From positions 22,072,001 to 22,136,000 of the forward strand of contig OZ281495.1 of assembly GCA_965637545.1 (NCBI GenBank): a stretch of 64,000 bases of DNA, in the 5' to 3' direction. Positions 59,122 to 64,000 of this stretch are shown piece after piece. The translations under genes and the position numbers were made by a program. The notes beneath the pieces were generated by a model, which searched no databases, was not told the origin of the DNA, and saw nothing but the letters and a program-made list of their open reading frames with translations. The number at the start of each line of letters is the position of its first letter. Position 1 is the stretch's first letter. The stretch is from Phallusia mammillata. Its lineage: Eukaryota.

Positions 59122-62100
59122 TTATATATTACCTGAAAAACAAAGAGTAACAGAGTTAGCAAAAAAAGGAAACTAGCGGCAAATAACGGACATAGCGGCA
59201 ATTTGCAATTTTTCAGAAATTGGATCGGATACAGGTTTTGTTGCTGTATTGTGGGTAATTACTTATAATTAAAAAAAATGATAATTAATTAAAACTAATA
59301 AATTAAAACTAAACTGATTAGGTAAAAAATAAAAAAGCAACTGATTAATTTATTACACAGAATTAAAATCGTTGTATTTTGAAACGCTTTTTAACCAATT
59401 TAAGAATGCAGAAATCAACTTATTCGAATGCAATTGGACAAACTGGTGGTAAAACTCATAAAAAGTTATCCATATTACTACATAATTGAGCCGATATCTG
59501 GTTAGTAAGAGTTTTTAGCTCTGTAATCAGACAATACTCACACTCTGGAAGTATGCCGACCGTACTGTAAACCCACGAACCGTCTGGCTGACATTGAGCT
59601 GACGCAGATCCTGAAAGCGTTGGGAAAAGTGCGTTCATGCAAGCAAACGTTACCGTAGGTGATACGTTTTCCAGATAAGGAGCTGCTTCCACAATTGTGA
59701 CTTCGTTGCCGACTGCTGGTGCCAAACAAACTAAAAAAAGAAAACACACCCATGTCACACTTCGTTTTTAGGTTTTGATGGTAACAAATACACAACAAAT
59801 ACAACTACATAGTATTATCATGTAGCAATGTTGCTGGACAAGTCCGACTCTAAATTGTTTAAAAATCTACTGATAAGAATATAAAATACATTGTAGACAG
59901 TCAATTTCTAATCGTTTCTATCGTAAAAACAGACACTTTTTGTCAAATAAAAGCTACAGTTTTCATACTTCGTGCGCAATTGTTCACAGCAGTGTTGCTC
60001 CAAGAGGGCGGTGTTGCTGCGTTCCCCATGCACATGCTTGTTGTCGGCACCACGAGCTGATAGTTCGTGAGGCACATGTAAGTGATCGTTGTTGTTACCG
60101 GGTACGTCGCCATTATGGGACTGTGGTATCCATTAGGAGCCGCCGGTGGGGCAAGACAAACTATCAAAGGCAACAGTCAAAATAAATCACACGGCAAAAT
60201 ATTTTGCTTTAATTGGAAATTTTAACTCCAGCTTCTGCTACAGAAAAGTAATAAGTTACTCGTTTAATTATAGCATTATCAATATACTGCAAATCCCAGT
60301 ATAAGTCACTTAACAGTTAATAGATAATTTACCTGCTTCGCATATTCCGGCATCTGCAGGGTTCGGGAACATCCAAGCTCCGCTCGCAAGGCACTGATTG
60401 ATGTCTGTCACTTGACTATGGCGGTTTAACGTTGGCAGTATGCATCCATAATTAATCTCCGTACTTGAGACAAAGTAAGGAGGACCAGGATCACCCGAAA
60501 CCAAATTCGCCGCGTTAAAAGGCAAGTCCCCGCAAGCTACATAAAAAAATACAATAACGTATACAACAGTAGAGTTAAGTGCAAACGGGCTGTTTGTAAA
60601 ATCCTAAACCATGATAAGATGTAGATAAACATGTTTAATAATAGCGTTTTATCAACTCTGATCATATAATCACTTACATAACTCGCATGTGCCTGGAACT
60701 GTCCATGACAAATCAAGTTGGCAATCAGCAAATCCCAAACCATTCGTGGCAAAAGTGGCGATGCAAGTGTAGGTGACTCTATCACCAACCGCGTAGGTAG
60801 CTTGAACAGGATCTGGCGAAGCGTTATCCACTACCGGAGGGTCCACGCAAGCTAATAAGATACAAAACCAAATATTCTGAATTTATTGAAGCTTTGTTCA
60901 GCAAGGGTGCAGCAAACGTGTCATATGGGGCTGAACAAAGAAAAGTAAAAGCATATGACCTAAATTATTTCCAGTAAACTGTCCAAAATGCCGTTTTAAC
61001 GACTTTTAATATGTGTTTAAAACAAAGGTTAAAATATAAGAAAATCAGTGTGTTGTTGTTGTCCTTTTTTGTTCGGCTATTTGGGACAATATATTTCTCA
61101 TTCATTAAATATGACGATTCCGTGCATGATGTTTAAAACTTTACCCAGTTGGATTTCAAAACATTTATTAAAATTCAGTTGTTTCATACTGACCGTTCAC
61201 ACACTCTGGACTATCTGCCAGAGAGACTTCCCAAACTCCGCCGGTGCATGTGTTTTCCAGGAACGGTCCGACAATTTGTCCAGTCGTCACTGAACACCTG
61301 TACGTTGCCACGTCACCCTCTTTAAAGGGGAGGGTCACACCGGTGAAACCAACACCGGGTTTGATGGGAACAGGATCCGGACAACCTGTGCGAATCAGTA
61401 ATTTTTGTAATGTGTCGTTTATTCACTGCACAAATGATTAAAAAAAATACTTACCCAACAAACACATTGGTCCTGGCGCCGGAGTAAATTCAGTGTTTGG
61501 CAAAGCACATGTTTGCACCAAGTCCACACCGACGTAATTTGGATTGCATTCGTACGTAGCCACTGTACCATGAGGGTAAGGGCCAGCTGCAGCAGCAGGT
61601 GCAAGAGTAGGCGAGGCTGCCGTGGCCTCTGCTGGTTTCGTGGGAAGCATCGCACAATCTGCGCAAAAAATAAGTCTAGCGCTCAAAAACAAAAAAAGTT
61701 CATGAGAGACCTTGGTATCCTTTATCATCACATTGTGTCTATTACAGTAAGTCATAATCATAAAAAATACAATAGGGCCTATGCGGTCAACATGTTCAAT
61801 TCGGGAGACAAAAACTCTCCTAAGTGCAGAATATAAGCTGTTTCGACGCCTAAATGCCTATAACTTTGAACAACAGTTTCATACAAGCTGTGCAAGTCGG
61901 TGGGACTCCTGCTGTCGAGTAGGTAAGTTCCGGCATAGTTGTTCCTGGCCCACAACTTATCTTGTCTGAGCCACTAAGAGTGAATCCTGGGTCACATTCG
62001 TACGTTGCCTCGCCGCCATCTGCCAGGTTCGCAGTTGGTGTGAAGCTGCCGTCGGTCAAACTTGGTGTTGGTGGACAGACTAGATGGTAAATGCAAAAAA

Positions 62101-64000
62101 ATCAAATTATGGTTTGTTATCTTAAACACAACTTTGCTTCTACTGCAAAGTGGTTAACTTTTGTTCGTTTAATTGTTCTTTGTAATGAGTGTTTGACAAA
62201 ACAAAGTACCTGAAGATACAAGCTGTCTTGTATATTTGACAGATTTTGCCACATAAGAACAAATACAAACCGGCAGCATCGCAAGTTGGCGAAGCATATT
62301 TCCAGTCGTTGATCGCTGTGCACTCGTTTCCAGTTGCCCCGACTATGTTCTTTCCCGAAACACAGGAGTACGTTACCGTCTCTCCTATGGCGTAAGAATC
62401 CTTATCTGTCACGAACGACACCTCCGCTCCTGCCGGTGGTTTAGTGCAACCTGTTGCCAAAAAAATCAAAGGTCGAAACTTACATTGTTATGAAATCTTG
62501 CTAGTTCTGGGTTTTAGGGCCTGGGTAAGCGTATGGAATTTGCTTATTGTACAACGAAAAATAAACATATCATTTTAATGGTACCTTGGGTACAGGTAAT
62601 TAAGTCTGGATCGTTCACAGTCCAGGTTGGCGTGCCCGCCATATCCACGCACATATTGGTGTTACTGCCAGTCGCTGACTGAACGAATCCATTGTTGCAA
62701 ACGTAGGTAATGGTCTCCCCAAGGCCGGTTAGACCCATAACAGTGGACCCGGCGACAGTTGGTGGTGCGCCACAATCTGCAGAAAAGCGTTTAATTAAAT
62801 GCATTACTTTCCTTGAAATGAATAAGAGCTGAGCATAATTTTTGACCAAAAATCTCTCCCAAAGGCTTAGCCGCAAACATTTTAAAACAAAATTATATAT
62901 TACTTACCAGCCACACAGACAGGTGCACCGTGGGTCCATGTTAAATCAGGAGACGGTTCACAGTCGTTGGTTGCTGTTCCGATTAGCACATAGCCATTAT
63001 TACAACTATACGTAACGGTTACTCCGCCGTTAAACGTGACTCCTGGTGGATCGTTTGAACCGTTTTCTGCGATCGTTGGTAGCGGTGGGCAGTCTTTAAC
63101 ATAGTTTATTGTTAAAAAATCGCTGAAATTTTCACTTATTTACAAAAAAGCCTACTTGTGGTGCCGCATGTCGGTTCATCAATGGTCCAACCTCCATTAA
63201 CGCACATGTTGACGTTAGGTCCGGCGGCATTGCCGGTTGTGCATACGTACGTAACAGTGTCTCCTTCGCCGTAAGATGTCATTGTCACGTGAGTGGGGTC
63301 AGGGGTTCCATCTCCTGGTGGATCAGGACACTCTGCAAAACGTCAGTGTAGTTAAGCATAGGAATACATGTGAGCGTCTGACCAATGGGATAGATCCGCA
63401 AAACATGCAGATAACAAAAACACCATCAGTTTGTGAGTTAAGCACAAACCAATATTTCACGTTTTACGACAACTGCTTTAGCTTATAAACAGTGCAGATA
63501 TCTTTGGTTATGGCGTATGATTATGGCGTTAAACAAACTTTAAATCTTAAATTATCGTTAAAACGTCATTTCTTGTAATGTTCATCCAAGGGTTAACCTT
63601 GTACGCATGTTGGAGCTGGTGAGGACCACTGTAGGTTTCCACCGCATATGTTTGTAGTGCTATCTCCTGTTTGAATCACGAGACCAGTGGTACATCCATA
63701 AGTAATAACAGTTCCGGGCGCGTGACTGGTTCCCGCTGGGGAGTTCGTGCCCATAGCCGATACAGGCAAATCTATGCATTCTAAAACACAACAAAAAGCA
63801 TTTTATATAAAAAAAATTGTCTGCGATTGCAGGCCATGATATATTAGGTCGTACCATTTTGACATCGAGGTGCTGCTGCTGGAGACCACGAACCGTCTGT
63901 TTGACACGTTGCTGTCGCTGTTCCGACTATTAAGTAACCTGCCACTGTGCATCCGTAAATTGCCTGTGTGCCTGCTGGATACGGAGCCGCGGTTGTTGGC
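59122..64000 (-). CDS. Sushi/CCP (SCR) repeat protein, 3' part: 13 one-domain phase-1 exons plus an 11-nt terminal exon
   Basis: Each ~180-200-nt exon encodes C..P......Y.C..G........C....W.....C, for example PYPAGTQAIYGCTVAGYLIVGTATATCQTDGSWSPAAAPRC. The protein ends LPECNI* at 59122, and the gene extends beyond the window. Confidence 0.88.

Overview
AT-rich eukaryotic genomic DNA with short GT-AG introns, most likely from an ascidian/tunicate. The taxon is inferred from an exact match to the Ciona-type 16-nt spliced leader and from operon-like gene spacing. All recognisable host genes lie on the minus strand. From left to right they are: a SARDH-like gene (5' part), an intronless PUDP/HDHD1, a ~1500-aa orphan low-complexity protein with a YxxP repeat array, an ERF/ETV3-type ETS factor that may splice into a ~740-aa extension, a laminin-receptor-type integrin alpha with two equal-length alternative exons, Rab27, and the 3' part of a sushi/CCP-repeat protein. 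Mobile and repeated DNA comprises one intact, very young BEL/Pao LTR retrotransposon (47516-54999, 5-bp TSD), six hAT-type MITEs, a Penelope-like hammerhead-ribozyme foldback in an ETS intron, and a recent 2-kb tandem duplication. The top observation is that both LTRs of the BEL/Pao element carry the exact ascidian spliced-leader exon on the element's sense strand. The same LTR has an intron-like segment, its 5' copy has a captured poly(A) tract, and a hairpin array stands where a tRNA primer-binding site is expected. Exon models were read by eye, and no database searches were run.
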